A DNA stretch of 59,949 bases, the filler included, from Nanobdellati archaeon (GTDB taxonomy: Archaea; Nanobdellota; Nanobdellia; Woesearchaeales; JAADFO01): NCBI GenBank assembly GCA_013152815.1. It is 5 parts of 5 records of this genome, joined end to end, with 100 filler letters (N's around TTAATTAATTAA, not from the genome) between each part and the next. Parts side by side here need not be neighbours in the genome. Positions count along the whole stretch, not along the records: positions 32,908 to 48,705 come from JAADFO010000064.1; 4 more parts are not named here. One strand, given 5' to 3'. The position numbers and the translations under genes are program-made. Below are positions 35,976-46,497 of the stretch, one piece after another (the stretch's first letter is position 1; each line of letters starts with the position of its first letter). The notes beneath the pieces are model-generated. The model saw only the letters and a program-made list of their open reading frames with translations, was not told where the DNA came from and made no database searches.

Positions 35976-37130
35976 ATGAAAGAGTCTGTTTCTCAGGTTG
36001 AGGCAAGACCGCTTAAGCAAAACGGCAGCTCGATGCTTTTCAGTCACTACCTTCGGGACGGTGACTACGGCTTACATTTGGAGGACTATTTCAAAGAGGT
36101 GCTCTATTTGGAGAGGAAGCGGACGGAACGTTCGAAAAAGCCCTTCTTGTTGATGCTTGTCGACTTCAAGAGGGTCCAATCCTGTCCGGAAAAGAGTGGT
36201 CTCATGAAAGAAGTTTCAGCAGTGCTCCTTTCAAGGACGAGGGAGATCGATCTGAAAGGCTGGTACGAGCATGACACCGTCATGGGAGTAATCTTTACGG
36301 AGATAGAAGAAACCGACAGAGAATCCATCAGGCAGAAGATGAACGACTATTTGCACCATACACTCGGCAGTACGAAGATGTCAAGGATAGAAGTAGCATG
36401 GTATGTTTTTCCGGAATGTCACGTCAAACAAAAAACAGAGACCGACTTGGAGTTGTATCCCGATCTCCAGAGGATGGAGGCCTCGAAAAGGTTCTCTTTC
36501 TTCATGAAAAGAAGCACCGATATATTCGGCAGTCTTTTCTGCATTCTTCTGTTTTCCCCACTCTTCGTAATTATTCCGCTCCTTATAAAGCTTACTTCTG
36601 AAGGGCCTGTCTTTTTCAGGCAGGAGAGGGTCGGCCGCTATGGAAGGAGATTCACCTTTCTCAAGTTCAGGTCCATGTACGAAGACTGTAATCACGATAT
36701 TCACAAGGAGTATACCCGCAGACTCATCTCCGGTCAGCAAGACACCGAAATGTCGGACGATAACGGCAGGGGTGCCTACAAGATAACCGATGACCCGAGA
36801 GTCACCCCGATCGGTAGATTCTTGCGGATGAGCAGCATGGACGAACTTCCCCAGTTCTTCAATGTCTTGAAGGGCGAGATGTCGCTTGTAGGACCGAGAC
36901 CGCCCATCCCGTATGAACTGGAGGCATACGATATCTGGCACAGGAGAAGGCTTCTCGAGGTCAAGCCCGGCATCACCGGTATCTGGCAGGTCCACGGCAG
37001 GAGCTCCACCACCTTCGACGAGATGGTCCGCATGGATATCAAGTACATAAGGGAATGGTCGATATGGATGGATATCAAGCTCTTGCTCAAGACACCCTGG
37101 GTGGTGCTGACCGGCAAAGGGGCGTATTGA
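35976..37130 (+). CDS. Priming sugar transferase (bacterial sugar transferase family)
   Basis: KFRSM, DDPRVTPIGRFLR, DELPQFFNVLKGEMSLVGPRP, VKPGITGIWQV. Confidence 0.93.
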   Translation: MKESVSQVEARPLKQNGSSMLFSHYLRDGDYGLHLEDYFKEVLYLERKRTERSKKPFLLMLVDFKRVQSCPEKSGLMKEVSAVLLSRTREIDLKGWYEHDTVMGVIFTEIEETDRESIRQKMNDYLHHTLGSTKMSRIEVAWYVFPECHVKQKTETDLELYPDLQRMEASKRFSFFMKRSTDIFGSLFCILLFSPLFVIIPLLIKLTSEGPVFFRQERVGRYGRRFTFLKFRSMYEDCNHDIHKEYTRRLISGQQDTEMSDDNGRGAYKITDDPRVTPIGRFLRMSSMDELPQFFNVLKGEMSLVGPRPPIPYELEAYDIWHRRRLLEVKPGITGIWQVHGRSSTTFDEMVRMDIKYIREWSIWMDIKLLLKTPWVVLTGKGAY

Positions 37131-37249
37131 GCTCGAGTGATATCGAGAAAGAAACAATCCTTCCCGGTCATGAATAGCATCGAGATTATCGGAGACTGAA
37201 AATATACTGGGGTTGAGCAGATCGGGAGTTCCATCAAGGAGGGGGAGAG

Positions 37250-38251
37250 ATGATTCATCTTGGAGTGATCGGTTATGGTTATTGGGGACCCAATATCGTA
37301 AGGAATTTCAACAGCGTTGACGGTGCCAAGGTTATAGCCGTATGCGACAAGAACAAGAGCACCCTGCAGCGCGTGAGGAAGGTCTATCCGTACGTTGACC
37401 TCTCCCGCAGTTGTCACGAGATAATAACCGCCCCTGATATCGATGCAGTGGCAGTCGTTACGCCTGTCTCAACGCACTTTGAACTCGCCGTCGAGGTCCT
37501 TCGGAACGGAAAGCATCTCTTCATCGAGAAACCCTTTACGGCGACCGTTGCGCAGGCCGAGCAGCTCATCGAGCTGGCGGAGAAAAAGAACCTGAAGATA
37601 ATGGTGGACCATACCCTGCTTTTTACGGGTGCTGTCAGGAAGATAAAAGAGATTATAGATGAAGGAGTCCTGGGCGAGTTGTATTATTACGATTCCACGA
37701 GGGTGAACCTGGGACTCTTCCAGCATGACGTGAATGTCATCTGGGACCTCGCCCCCCATGACTTCTCCATAATGGATTACCTCATCAATGAGAGGCCCGT
37801 TGCCGTATCCACATGTGGAAAATCACACTTCAACAGCCTGGAGGATATTGCGTATGTTACCGTCTACTTTGAGAACAGCCTGATAGCCCACTTCAACGTC
37901 AACTGGCTGTCACCTGTCAAGGTGAGGTCTACCCTGATAGGCGGAGAGAAGAAGATGCTGTTCTATAACGACATGAGCGCTGATGAGAAGATAAAGGTAT
38001 ACGATAAAGGCATAGAAGTAAAGAACAAGCAGGGGGTTTATGATCTGCTGGTCAGTTACCGCTCCGGAGACATGTGGTCGCCCCGGGTACGCCAGAAAGA
38101 GGCCCTGCAGGTGGAATCGGAGTATTTCGTTGACTGTGTCCGGAACGACAGGACCCCGATCAATGACGGACACGCCGGCCTGAGAGTCGTCAGGATACTC
38201 GAGGCGTGTAATGAATCCCTGAAAAACAACGGCAGGATGGTGAATCTGTAA
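37250..38251 (+). CDS. Gfo/Idh/MocA oxidoreductase (WbpB-like)
   Basis: GVIGYGYWGPN, IEKP, DLAPHD. Confidence 0.9.
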   Translation: MIHLGVIGYGYWGPNIVRNFNSVDGAKVIAVCDKNKSTLQRVRKVYPYVDLSRSCHEIITAPDIDAVAVVTPVSTHFELAVEVLRNGKHLFIEKPFTATVAQAEQLIELAEKKNLKIMVDHTLLFTGAVRKIKEIIDEGVLGELYYYDSTRVNLGLFQHDVNVIWDLAPHDFSIMDYLINERPVAVSTCGKSHFNSLEDIAYVTVYFENSLIAHFNVNWLSPVKVRSTLIGGEKKMLFYNDMSADEKIKVYDKGIEVKNKQGVYDLLVSYRSGDMWSPRVRQKEALQVESEYFVDCVRNDRTPINDGHAGLRVVRILEACNESLKNNGRMVNL

Positions 38252-38284
38252 TGACTTTTTTTCTTGATGGGGAGGTGACGTCAC

Positions 38285-38773
38285 ATGCAATATCTATCCA
38301 TATCAGATGATGTCCAATTGGGAAAGGACGTAAAGCTGTCGAAGTTCATCAATCTCTACGGGTGTTATATAGGCGATAATACGAAGATCGGAGCCTTTGT
38401 GGAGATACAGAAAAATGTCCGTGTAGGCAACAACTGCAAGATCCAGAGCCATACGTTCATCTGCGAGGGCGTGGTTATAGAAGACAATGTCTTCGTGGGT
38501 CACAACGTTACATTTATCAATGATAAGTATCCACGCGCTGTCAATCCGGAGGGAGAGCTGCAGTCTGAAGAGGACTGGGAAGTCGTCCCGACACTTGTCA
38601 AGAAGGGGGCGTCCATCGGTTCAAGTGTAACAATCCTCTGTAATGTGACCATTGGTGAAAACGCCATTGTAGGTGCCGGCAGCGTGGTAACCAGGGATGT
38701 CCCTCCGGATTCCATCGTGGCCGGAAATCCGGCGAGGATTGTGAGGAAGGCCGAGTTTCTGGAGAAAATATAG
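38285..38773 (+). CDS. Hexapeptide-repeat acyltransferase (WbpD-like)
   Basis: Hexapeptide repeats, FINDKYPR, GAGSVVTRDVP...VAGNPA. Confidence 0.9.
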   Translation: MQYLSISDDVQLGKDVKLSKFINLYGCYIGDNTKIGAFVEIQKNVRVGNNCKIQSHTFICEGVVIEDNVFVGHNVTFINDKYPRAVNPEGELQSEEDWEVVPTLVKKGASIGSSVTILCNVTIGENAIVGAGSVVTRDVPPDSIVAGNPARIVRKAEFLEKI

Positions 38774-38954
38774 CCACACGGTGCTCTCGGAATTACCTCA
38801 AAACAAAAGACCGAGCAGATTTCTGAGTCTTTAAAGTGAGACTTTAATAATCCAGGACAATCCTGTCCGGTAAAGAGTGTAAGTCCTAACAGGAGAGGGG
38901 ATATTGATTTTTTCATCTGTTTTTACCGGACATTAATGAATCCAGGACTGAAAA

Positions 38955-40133
38955 ATGACGGATGATAAGATTCCTTTTTTGGATCTTATAACTCCCCACA
39001 TAGAATTGGAGGACGAGCTGGTATCGGTCTTCCGGAGTGCCCTCCGGTCAGGGGGGTTCATCGGAGGGGCCATGGTGGAGGAGTTTGAGGAGGAGTTTGC
39101 CAGATACTGTGGTACGAAGCACTGTGTCGGGGTGGGCAGTGGTACGGACGCACTCAGGTTCGCCCTGATCGCTGCCGGTATAAAAGAGGGTGACAGGGTG
39201 ATTACTGTTCCCAATACCTTCATCGCGACCACTGAAGCGATCACCCAGGCAGGCGCACGGGTGGACTTCGTGGACATAGATCCCGAAACATACAATATGG
39301 ATGTCAATAAGCTGGACGACTACCTGAAGAAGACCAGTGCCTTTGGCCCTTGCATGCCAAGGGCTGTTATTCCAGTGCACCTGTACGGTCAGATATCCGA
39401 CATGGATTCCATAATCGAAGTTGCGGAAAAGTACGGCCTCGTCGTGATCGAAGACGCGTGTCAGGCTCATGGAGCCGAGTATCTCTCGCAGACAGAAAAC
39501 CGCTGGAAGAAGGCGGGCTCCATCGGTAAGGCCGCCGCCTTCAGCTTCTATCCCGGAAAGAACCTCGGTGCCTGCGGAGAGGGTGGGGCGGTTACAACAA
39601 ATGACGAGCGCATCGCCCAAAAGGTCCGCATGCTCCGCGACCATGGACAGGAAAAGAAATATTTACACAGGATGGAGGGATACAACGGAAGGCTTGATGC
39701 CATACAGGCGGGTATCCTGAAGAGAAAGCTTGCGGAACTTCCCAAGTGGTCTGAAAAACGTCGCCGGAATGCCTGTCTTTACAACGAGCTTCTCGGAGAT
39801 GTGGAGGATGTTGTAACGCCTTGCGAGCCTCGATGGGTAAGGTCTGTCTATCATCTCTATGTGATTCGTACACATCGCCGGGATGAGTTGCGGGACTATC
39901 TTTCGGCACGTCAGGTTTCTACTGGGCTTCACTATCCGATACCTCTTCATCTGCAAGAGGCTTATTCAAGTTTGGGCTACACGAAGGGTGATTTCTCCGT
40001 ATCCGAGAAGGTTGCCGGAGAGATACTCTCCCTCCCCATGTACCCTGAACTTACAGGGGACCAGCAGAGGCAAGTGGTGGAGAGGATTAAGGAGTGGCAA
40101 AGCTCGGTGAGGCACAGGACATCCGGCGTATAG
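38955..40133 (+). CDS. DegT/DnrJ/EryC1/StrS aminotransferase (WbpE-like)
   Basis: PVHLYGQ, EDACQAHG, FSFYPGKNLG. Confidence 0.93.
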   Translation: MTDDKIPFLDLITPHIELEDELVSVFRSALRSGGFIGGAMVEEFEEEFARYCGTKHCVGVGSGTDALRFALIAAGIKEGDRVITVPNTFIATTEAITQAGARVDFVDIDPETYNMDVNKLDDYLKKTSAFGPCMPRAVIPVHLYGQISDMDSIIEVAEKYGLVVIEDACQAHGAEYLSQTENRWKKAGSIGKAAAFSFYPGKNLGACGEGGAVTTNDERIAQKVRMLRDHGQEKKYLHRMEGYNGRLDAIQAGILKRKLAELPKWSEKRRRNACLYNELLGDVEDVVTPCEPRWVRSVYHLYVIRTHRRDELRDYLSARQVSTGLHYPIPLHLQEAYSSLGYTKGDFSVSEKVAGEILSLPMYPELTGDQQRQVVERIKEWQSSVRHRTSGV

Positions 40134-40239
40134 CATGAGGGACTTTGCGCTTGGTGACGGAATCATTAGTGTCCGGTAAAAGCTCATGAACCGTCCTGCA
40201 AGGACTTACACTGCTTGTAGGACAGTATCGTATATCCAA

Positions 40240-41277
40240 ATGAACCTGCAGGTCATAAATCCACTTGATTACAGGGACTGGGATGAAATGCTCCTTTCCA
40301 CTCACGGCTATTCCTTCTTCCATACGTCACACTGGGCGAGGGTCCTTCACGAATCCTATGGATACAGGCCGCTCTATTTCAGTGTTATCAAAGGCGGGTC
40401 TTTACACTTCTGCTTGCCGTTCATGGAGATACGGAGCCGGTTGACCGGCAAGCGAGGCGTATCCCTTCCTTTTACGGATTACTGTGATCCGGTCAGTGAC
40501 GGAGGTTTGCATTTTCAGGATATGATCGGCTGTTTGACTGAGTACGGTAGGCGGTCAGGGTGGAAATTCATAGAGATGCGGGGTGGGGGGGAGGTTGTTT
40601 TTAAAACCGTGCATCCGTACTCTAAATACTACGGACATACCCTCGGCCTTGCAGAAGACGAAGACGGAATTTATTCACTTTTCAGAAGCAGTACGCAGAG
40701 AAACATAAGAAGGGCGGAACGTGAAGGTGTCCGGGTCTCTGTTTTTGGAACACTGGAGGCAGTGAGAGAATTTTACCGGCTGAACTGTCTGACGAGGAGA
40801 ATGCATGGATTGCCCCCGCAGCCTTATTTCTTCTTCAGGAAGATATTCGAACACATTATCTCCAGAAACCATGGGATGGTGATCCTTGCGCGCTACAAGG
40901 GACAGGCTGTCGCAGGAGCTGTCTTCTTTCACTTCGGAAAGAAGGCGGTATATAAGTACGGGGCTTCTGATAAGAGATACCAGCATCTCAGGGCAAACAA
41001 CCTGGTTATGTGGAGGGCGATAAGGGAATACTGCAGTCGGGGTTACAAGAGGTTCTGTTTTGGCAGGACGGAAACAGGAAACAGGGGGCTCAGGCAGTTC
41101 AAGAACGGTTGGGGCGCTTCGGAAGAGATCATCAGGTATTACAGGTATGACTGCAGGAGAGGCAGTTTTGTAATCGGTGATCCTCATGTGCCGGAGTTCC
41201 ACAACAAGGTTCTTAACAAGATGCCTGTTTCCGTGTTGAGAATGATAGGCTCCGTTCTGTATAAACATGTAGGATGA
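40240..41277 (+). CDS. FemAB-related GNAT family protein
   Basis: VSLPFTDYC, RNIRRAER, HGLPPQP, FGRT...GLRQFKNGWG. Confidence 0.85.
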   Translation: MNLQVINPLDYRDWDEMLLSTHGYSFFHTSHWARVLHESYGYRPLYFSVIKGGSLHFCLPFMEIRSRLTGKRGVSLPFTDYCDPVSDGGLHFQDMIGCLTEYGRRSGWKFIEMRGGGEVVFKTVHPYSKYYGHTLGLAEDEDGIYSLFRSSTQRNIRRAEREGVRVSVFGTLEAVREFYRLNCLTRRMHGLPPQPYFFFRKIFEHIISRNHGMVILARYKGQAVAGAVFFHFGKKAVYKYGASDKRYQHLRANNLVMWRAIREYCSRGYKRFCFGRTETGNRGLRQFKNGWGASEEIIRYYRYDCRRGSFVIGDPHVPEFHNKVLNKMPVSVLRMIGSVLYKHVG

Positions 41278-41318
41278 AGGGACAAGGCACGGAGGCATGC
41301 GAGCCCTATCCGTAAGAG

Positions 41319-42239
41319 ATGAATAATATCAAAAAGAACCTTTACTATGCCCTGAAACCTTTTATTCCCAGATGGCTGCAGATTGTTGTAAGAAGAAGGC
41401 TTGTTGCAAGTCAAAGATTGACATGTACAGATATATGGCCCATAGACGAAAAAGCCGGCAAGCCGCCTGATGGATGGTCTGGATGGCCTGACAACAAACG
41501 GTTTGCCCTGGTTCTTACTCACGACGTAGAGACTGCAGCGGGACAGGACAAGTGCCGCGAGCTTATGGAGATAGAGATAGACGCGGGATTCCGCTCGTCC
41601 TTCAACTTCGTGCCCGAGAGATACGAGGTCTCATCCGCTCTGCGCCGTTACATCGTCTCCAGCGGCTTCGAGGTGGGAGTGCATGATCTCAACCACGACG
41701 GAAAGCTCTACAGGTCAGAGAAGGTCTTCACGGAGAGGGCAGCCAGGATCAACCACTATCTGAAAGAGTGGAACAGCAAAGGTTTCCGTTCAGGCTCAAT
41801 GGATCGCAACCTCGAATGGCTTCACGAGCTCGACATCGAGTATGATTCATCGACCTTTGATACGGATCCCTTCGAACCTTGGTTCGAGGGGGTTGGGACC
41901 ATTTTTCCGTTCATCGTGATGAATGACCGGTGTGGAAGATACGTGGAGCTCCCTTATACCATCCCTCAGGACTTCACTGTCTTCGTCCTCATGGGTGAGA
42001 AAAACATCGATATATGGAAGAAGAAGCTGGACTGGATAGCAGAAAACGGTGGTATGGCATTGTTGACCACCCATCCGGATTATATGAATCTGAACGGAAA
42101 ACAGGGGCTCGAAGAATATCCGGTCGAGTATTACAGGGAGTTTCTCGACTATATCGACTCTGAATACAATGGACGATACTGGCATGTGCTGCCTTCAGAG
42201 ATGAGCCGTTTCTGGTCTGATACCCTTTGCAGGGTGTAA
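41319..42239 (+). CDS. Polysaccharide deacetylase-like protein
   Basis: LTHDVE, FEVGVHDLNHDG, GFRS, YDSS, ELPYTIPQD, HPDY. Confidence 0.82.
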   Translation: MNNIKKNLYYALKPFIPRWLQIVVRRRLVASQRLTCTDIWPIDEKAGKPPDGWSGWPDNKRFALVLTHDVETAAGQDKCRELMEIEIDAGFRSSFNFVPERYEVSSALRRYIVSSGFEVGVHDLNHDGKLYRSEKVFTERAARINHYLKEWNSKGFRSGSMDRNLEWLHELDIEYDSSTFDTDPFEPWFEGVGTIFPFIVMNDRCGRYVELPYTIPQDFTVFVLMGEKNIDIWKKKLDWIAENGGMALLTTHPDYMNLNGKQGLEEYPVEYYREFLDYIDSEYNGRYWHVLPSEMSRFWSDTLCRV

Positions 42240-42370
42240 ACACGGGATGTATACTCTTCAGGATATCCTGGCAACATTGAGGCTGGAACGAAACTTCTTG
42301 TGAGGACCGGAAGAGAGCGGACCTTTTCCAATACGGATCTTTACGAGAATTGGTTAAGGATGAGTCAGCC

Positions 42371-43429
42371 ATGAACACCGCCATTATCGATCCATTAGTG
42401 GATCGCAGGTGGGATGTGTTTGTCGAAAAACATCCCATGAGCTGGATATGTCATCTTTCCGGCTGGAAAAAGGTCTTGGAGAAGAGTTTCAACCACATGA
42501 GGGGACATTACCTCGTTCTGCTGAGCAACGGCGGCATCAAGGCCGCCCTGCCCCTCTTCGAGGTGAGGAGCCGGATTACCGGCAACAGGCTTGTCAGTAT
42601 CCCATTTGCAACCTTGTTCGATCCTCTCGTCTCCGGTCGTGACGAGATGGACGAACTCCTGGAGTCCGCGGTGTCGCTTTCAAGGAGGTTGAAGACATCC
42701 TACATAGAGATAAGGGCCTTTTCGTCCTCTTCCGTGGTACGGGATGAGAGATTCGGGGTTCAGCGTTTCTACAAGCATCATTATCTGGATCTTGACACCG
42801 ACCTCGAGGGGGTGAGAAAGACCTTCGACCGGACCTGCGTGAGGCAAAGGATCTCGCGGGGACAAAAGAGCGGCCTGAGAGTCAGGGCCGGTGAGCAGGA
42901 ATCGGACCTCCTGCTCTTTTACAGTCTCTACGTGAAGAACCGGAAAAGGCTCGGTCTTCCGCCCCAGCCCTATCTTTTTTTCAGGATGCTCCGGGAGGTC
43001 TTCCTGCCCACGAAAAATATTGAAATCCTTCTGGCGGAATTCGGGGGCATGGCGATAGCCGGAGTCATACTTTTCAAGTTCAGAAACCGCGTCTCCATCG
43101 AGTTTTCCGTCCATGACCACGCCTATCGTAATATGAGCGCCGTCCCCTTTCTCTTCTGGGAGGCGATAAAGTCATCCTATCGCGAAGGGTATGAGATTCT
43201 CGACTTCGGCAGGACCTCGCCGGCAAACAAGGGGTTGATGGATTTCAAGAGACGATGGGGCACGAAGGTCACTGACATTCCCCACTTCTACTGCCCGCCA
43301 TCGGCGTCCCACGGGAGGGGCAACAGGGAGTCGTCCATCCTCACCAGGGCCGTGAAAGTGATATGTAACAAGGCACCCGAGTTCATTCTTCCCGGCTTCG
43401 GGAGACTGTGTTACCGGCACCTCGGATGA
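42371..43429 (+). CDS. FemAB-related GNAT family protein (second paralog)
   Basis: LVSIPFA, LGLPPQP, DFGRTS...GLMDFKRRWG. Confidence 0.85.
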   Translation: MNTAIIDPLVDRRWDVFVEKHPMSWICHLSGWKKVLEKSFNHMRGHYLVLLSNGGIKAALPLFEVRSRITGNRLVSIPFATLFDPLVSGRDEMDELLESAVSLSRRLKTSYIEIRAFSSSSVVRDERFGVQRFYKHHYLDLDTDLEGVRKTFDRTCVRQRISRGQKSGLRVRAGEQESDLLLFYSLYVKNRKRLGLPPQPYLFFRMLREVFLPTKNIEILLAEFGGMAIAGVILFKFRNRVSIEFSVHDHAYRNMSAVPFLFWEAIKSSYREGYEILDFGRTSPANKGLMDFKRRWGTKVTDIPHFYCPPSASHGRGNRESSILTRAVKVICNKAPEFILPGFGRLCYRHLG

Positions 43430-43605
43430 GGAGCAAGCGGGCAAAAGAGACGGTTCGTTTCCGAGAGACAGGATATTTACTTTCTCCGAGCGGTAAGGCC
43501 TGAACAGGACATGACGGGAAATCAAGGGGAGAGGAAGGTTGATTCAGCAACTATAACATATCTTTCCGACGGCGAAGGCCGGAGTCCACAACGGGTGGGA
43601 GGCAC

Positions 43606-44127
43606 GTGATGGAGTTGAACAGATGTCAACTGTACGGCTTCGAGGGGATGGCGGAACCCCTTGGCTTCACAAGCAGGATCTGGCAGAGAAGAAACCGTCT
43701 CAGGAGGATACTGAAGAGACGGAAGAACTACATAGTCAACATGCTTTCAGAGATAGTGGCTCCGGGGAAGGCCGCCACGAACGCCTCTGTGCAGGGCAAT
43801 GCCGCTGTATTGCATCCTGGTGACCTGGTGAGGGTGAGGTCCAGAGAGGAGATACTGTCCACGGTCAACCGGTGGAACCAGCTTAAGGGGTGTGCCTTCA
43901 TGGAGGAGATGTGGCCTTTTTGCGGTTCCACGCAACGAGTACTGAAACGGGTCGAGAAATTCCTTGACGAACGTGACTATCTCATGAAGAAGTGCAGGGG
44001 GATTGTCATCCTGGAGGGAGTCTTCTGTGAGGGCACCAAGGATTTCGGAGCCTGCGACAGGACCTGTTTCTTTTTCTGGAGAGAGGAGTGGCTGGAGAAG
44101 GTGGAGGGAGCTGAAAAGGCACAGTAA
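43606..44127 (+). CDS. Cys-rich hypothetical protein with SH3-like segment
   Basis: PGDLVRVRSREEI, EMWPFCG, LEGVFCEG, CDRTCFFFWREEWL. Confidence 0.75.
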   Translation: MMELNRCQLYGFEGMAEPLGFTSRIWQRRNRLRRILKRRKNYIVNMLSEIVAPGKAATNASVQGNAAVLHPGDLVRVRSREEILSTVNRWNQLKGCAFMEEMWPFCGSTQRVLKRVEKFLDERDYLMKKCRGIVILEGVFCEGTKDFGACDRTCFFFWREEWLEKVEGAEKAQ

Positions 44128-45089
44128 TGCGTGGTTGGATCCGATACGCAGTGGAGGAATTCAGGCTTGTCCGGTCCCTGAGCGACCTGGAAAAGGTCAC
44201 GCGAAAGCTCGTACACCTGAGATCACGCCTGCCTCTCTATAGGGGCAGTAGAAGCAGCGTCCCTCTCTGTCTGCAGATAGAGCCGACCAATCATTGCAAT
44301 GTCAACTGCATCTGCTGTTCCAGGGAGAGGATGGAGCGGGAAAGGGGCTTCATGGATCCCGGCCTGTTCAGAAAGATCATAGATGAAGGGGCTGCAGTCG
44401 GGATCAGGAGGGTACATCTCTATCTTCATGGTGAACCCCTGCTGAACCCGCACATAGTCGACATGATCAGTCACATAAAATCAAGAGGACTCGCTTTCAC
44501 GTTGGCAACCAACGGCATGCTCCTCGACAGGGAGAAGGCCGAGGGGATCTTGAGCGCCGGTGTTGACAACGGCGACCACTTCATGGTCTCCATACTCGGT
44601 CATTCGAAGGCGGTTCATGAAGGCATCATGCGGGGAGTGGACCATGAAAGGGTAAGACGAAACCTGCTCGCCTTCCTGGAGCTGCGGAGGTCTGCAGGAC
44701 TGAACGGCCCGGTCATCGAGACCGTTTTCTATCAGATGCCAGAGAATGAGAAAGAAAGTAAAGAGTTTTACAGGTTCTGGAGTGGAACGGTCGACCACGT
44801 CCGGATGCGTGACAGGATATCAGAACAGTTTGCAAGGTTCAAGAGTGATGACGGCTTCATCCGTCCAAGGGCCGTTACCTGCAGGAACCTGTGGGAGAGG
44901 ATGACGGTCTTCTGGAATGGCGACGTCACGCTCTGCACGGCCGATCTGGACGGAACCACTGTTTTCGGCAGTCTCGGCAGCCAACCGATCAGGGAGGTCT
45001 GGAACTCTGATGCCTTGCTGTCGATCAAGGGGTTGCACAGGGAGAAGAAATTTCATTCCATCTCCCTCTGTTCCAACTGCGACCAGTAG
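44127..45089 (+). CDS. Radical SAM protein with twitch/SPASM domain
   Basis: EPTNHCNVNCICC (CxxxCxxC), GEP, ATNG, C-terminal C...NGDVTLC...IREVWNS...CSNC. Confidence 0.9.
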   Translation: MRGWIRYAVEEFRLVRSLSDLEKVTRKLVHLRSRLPLYRGSRSSVPLCLQIEPTNHCNVNCICCSRERMERERGFMDPGLFRKIIDEGAAVGIRRVHLYLHGEPLLNPHIVDMISHIKSRGLAFTLATNGMLLDREKAEGILSAGVDNGDHFMVSILGHSKAVHEGIMRGVDHERVRRNLLAFLELRRSAGLNGPVIETVFYQMPENEKESKEFYRFWSGTVDHVRMRDRISEQFARFKSDDGFIRPRAVTCRNLWERMTVFWNGDVTLCTADLDGTTVFGSLGSQPIREVWNSDALLSIKGLHREKKFHSISLCSNCDQ

Positions 45090-45103
45090 GGCCTTGTCCA
45101 TCA

Positions 45104-46339
45104 GTGGTGAAGACGACTATATACATAGAGGATGACGGCTGCAGCAGGAGAAATGCCGAACTGTCGAAACTGTACCAGTATTTCCTTGTGAACGGTTTCA
45201 CCGTGGTCGACGATCCGGCACTTGCTGGATATATACTCCTGTCGACCTGTGCCTTCAAGAAAAAAGAGGAGGACCATTCGGTGAGGCGGATCAGGGAGCT
45301 GATGGATTATGAGGCGGAGCTGATCATATACGGATGTCTACCCGATATCGCGCCTTCGAGGTTTGCGGAGTTTGCTCACCTGCGCTGCCTGTCCCCGAAG
45401 AACCTCGACGAAATCGACGCCTTGTTCGACGGCATAAGGGTCAGGTATGCTGACATGACCAATGCCGACATGAGTGCCTCCACCGTGCGGGCGACACCAT
45501 TGCCGAAGGCGTTGAAGAAGTTCTGGCACGAGTTCGAGATCTCAAGCTCCTTCTTTCTCAAGACCGCGAGGTACGCCGAGAAGAGGATGAAGAAGATGCT
45601 CAACCCCGACGAAAGGCGATACAACCTCTTCATCTGCAGGGGATGTTTCGGCGGGTGCAGCTATTGCGGGATACAACGTGCAATCGGCCCGCTCAAGAGC
45701 TGCAGTGAAGAGGAGATCCTGAACCAGCTCAGGAAGGGGCTGAACGAAGGGTACAGGGATTTCGTCATTCTTGGCGATGATGTCGGCGCCTACGGCCTAG
45801 ACAGGGAAAGCACTTTTCCCGTCCTCCTGTCGAGGTTGCTCCAGGAATCTGATGCCTTCAAGGCCGGCAAGGAAGGCTGCAGTGTCCGCTTCCACGTCGA
45901 GGAGATACATCCGAGATGGCTGGTGAAGTACGAGAGGGAACTGGCCCCTGTCTTCGGCTCGGATATGATCAGCTCCATCTTGTGTCCGGTCCAGTCAGGG
46001 AGCGACAGGGTCCTGGAGCTGATGAACAGGGGGCACATGGCCGGGCCGGTTGAAGGCATCCTTGCCCGCATGAGGTCCCTGAATCCGGACATCCTGATGA
46101 CGACACAGATCATGGTAGGTTTCCCGTCGGAGACGGAGGATGACTTCAAGGCCACCCTGGACTTTGTCTGCCGCACCCCCTTCAGTCTGGTTACGATCTT
46201 TCCATACCACGAGAAGGAGAACACCCCCTCGGGCAGGATCGAACCAAAGGTCCCCGATGACGTTATAGAGGAGAGGGTCAACGAGGCCATAAGATACCTC
46301 AAGCGCAACAACGTCAAGGCCCGGTTGAGCTGCATTTGA
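45104..46339 (+). CDS. MiaB/RimO-like methylthiotransferase radical SAM protein lacking TRAM
   Basis: N-terminal MTTase-domain cysteines (DGC, STCAF, YGC), CFGGCSYC, PVQSGSDRVLELMNR, MVGFPSETEDDF. Ends right after the core. Confidence 0.85.
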   Translation: MVKTTIYIEDDGCSRRNAELSKLYQYFLVNGFTVVDDPALAGYILLSTCAFKKKEEDHSVRRIRELMDYEAELIIYGCLPDIAPSRFAEFAHLRCLSPKNLDEIDALFDGIRVRYADMTNADMSASTVRATPLPKALKKFWHEFEISSSFFLKTARYAEKRMKKMLNPDERRYNLFICRGCFGGCSYCGIQRAIGPLKSCSEEEILNQLRKGLNEGYRDFVILGDDVGAYGLDRESTFPVLLSRLLQESDAFKAGKEGCSVRFHVEEIHPRWLVKYERELAPVFGSDMISSILCPVQSGSDRVLELMNRGHMAGPVEGILARMRSLNPDILMTTQIMVGFPSETEDDFKATLDFVCRTPFSLVTIFPYHEKENTPSGRIEPKVPDDVIEERVNEAIRYLKRNNVKARLSCI

Positions 46340-46497
46340 ACGGACCGTCCTCGAGGTTCCGGCACCGTCCCGACCTCCTGCGGGGGCTGCGCCGGGTGAC
46401 GCCAGGGGTTTTGCAGGAGGGCAATAGAGCTGAGATCGTTTTTCTTTGTGAGGGGCTTCGGTGATCAGTGGATGATCTGTCTGCAGGAGACAGAGGC

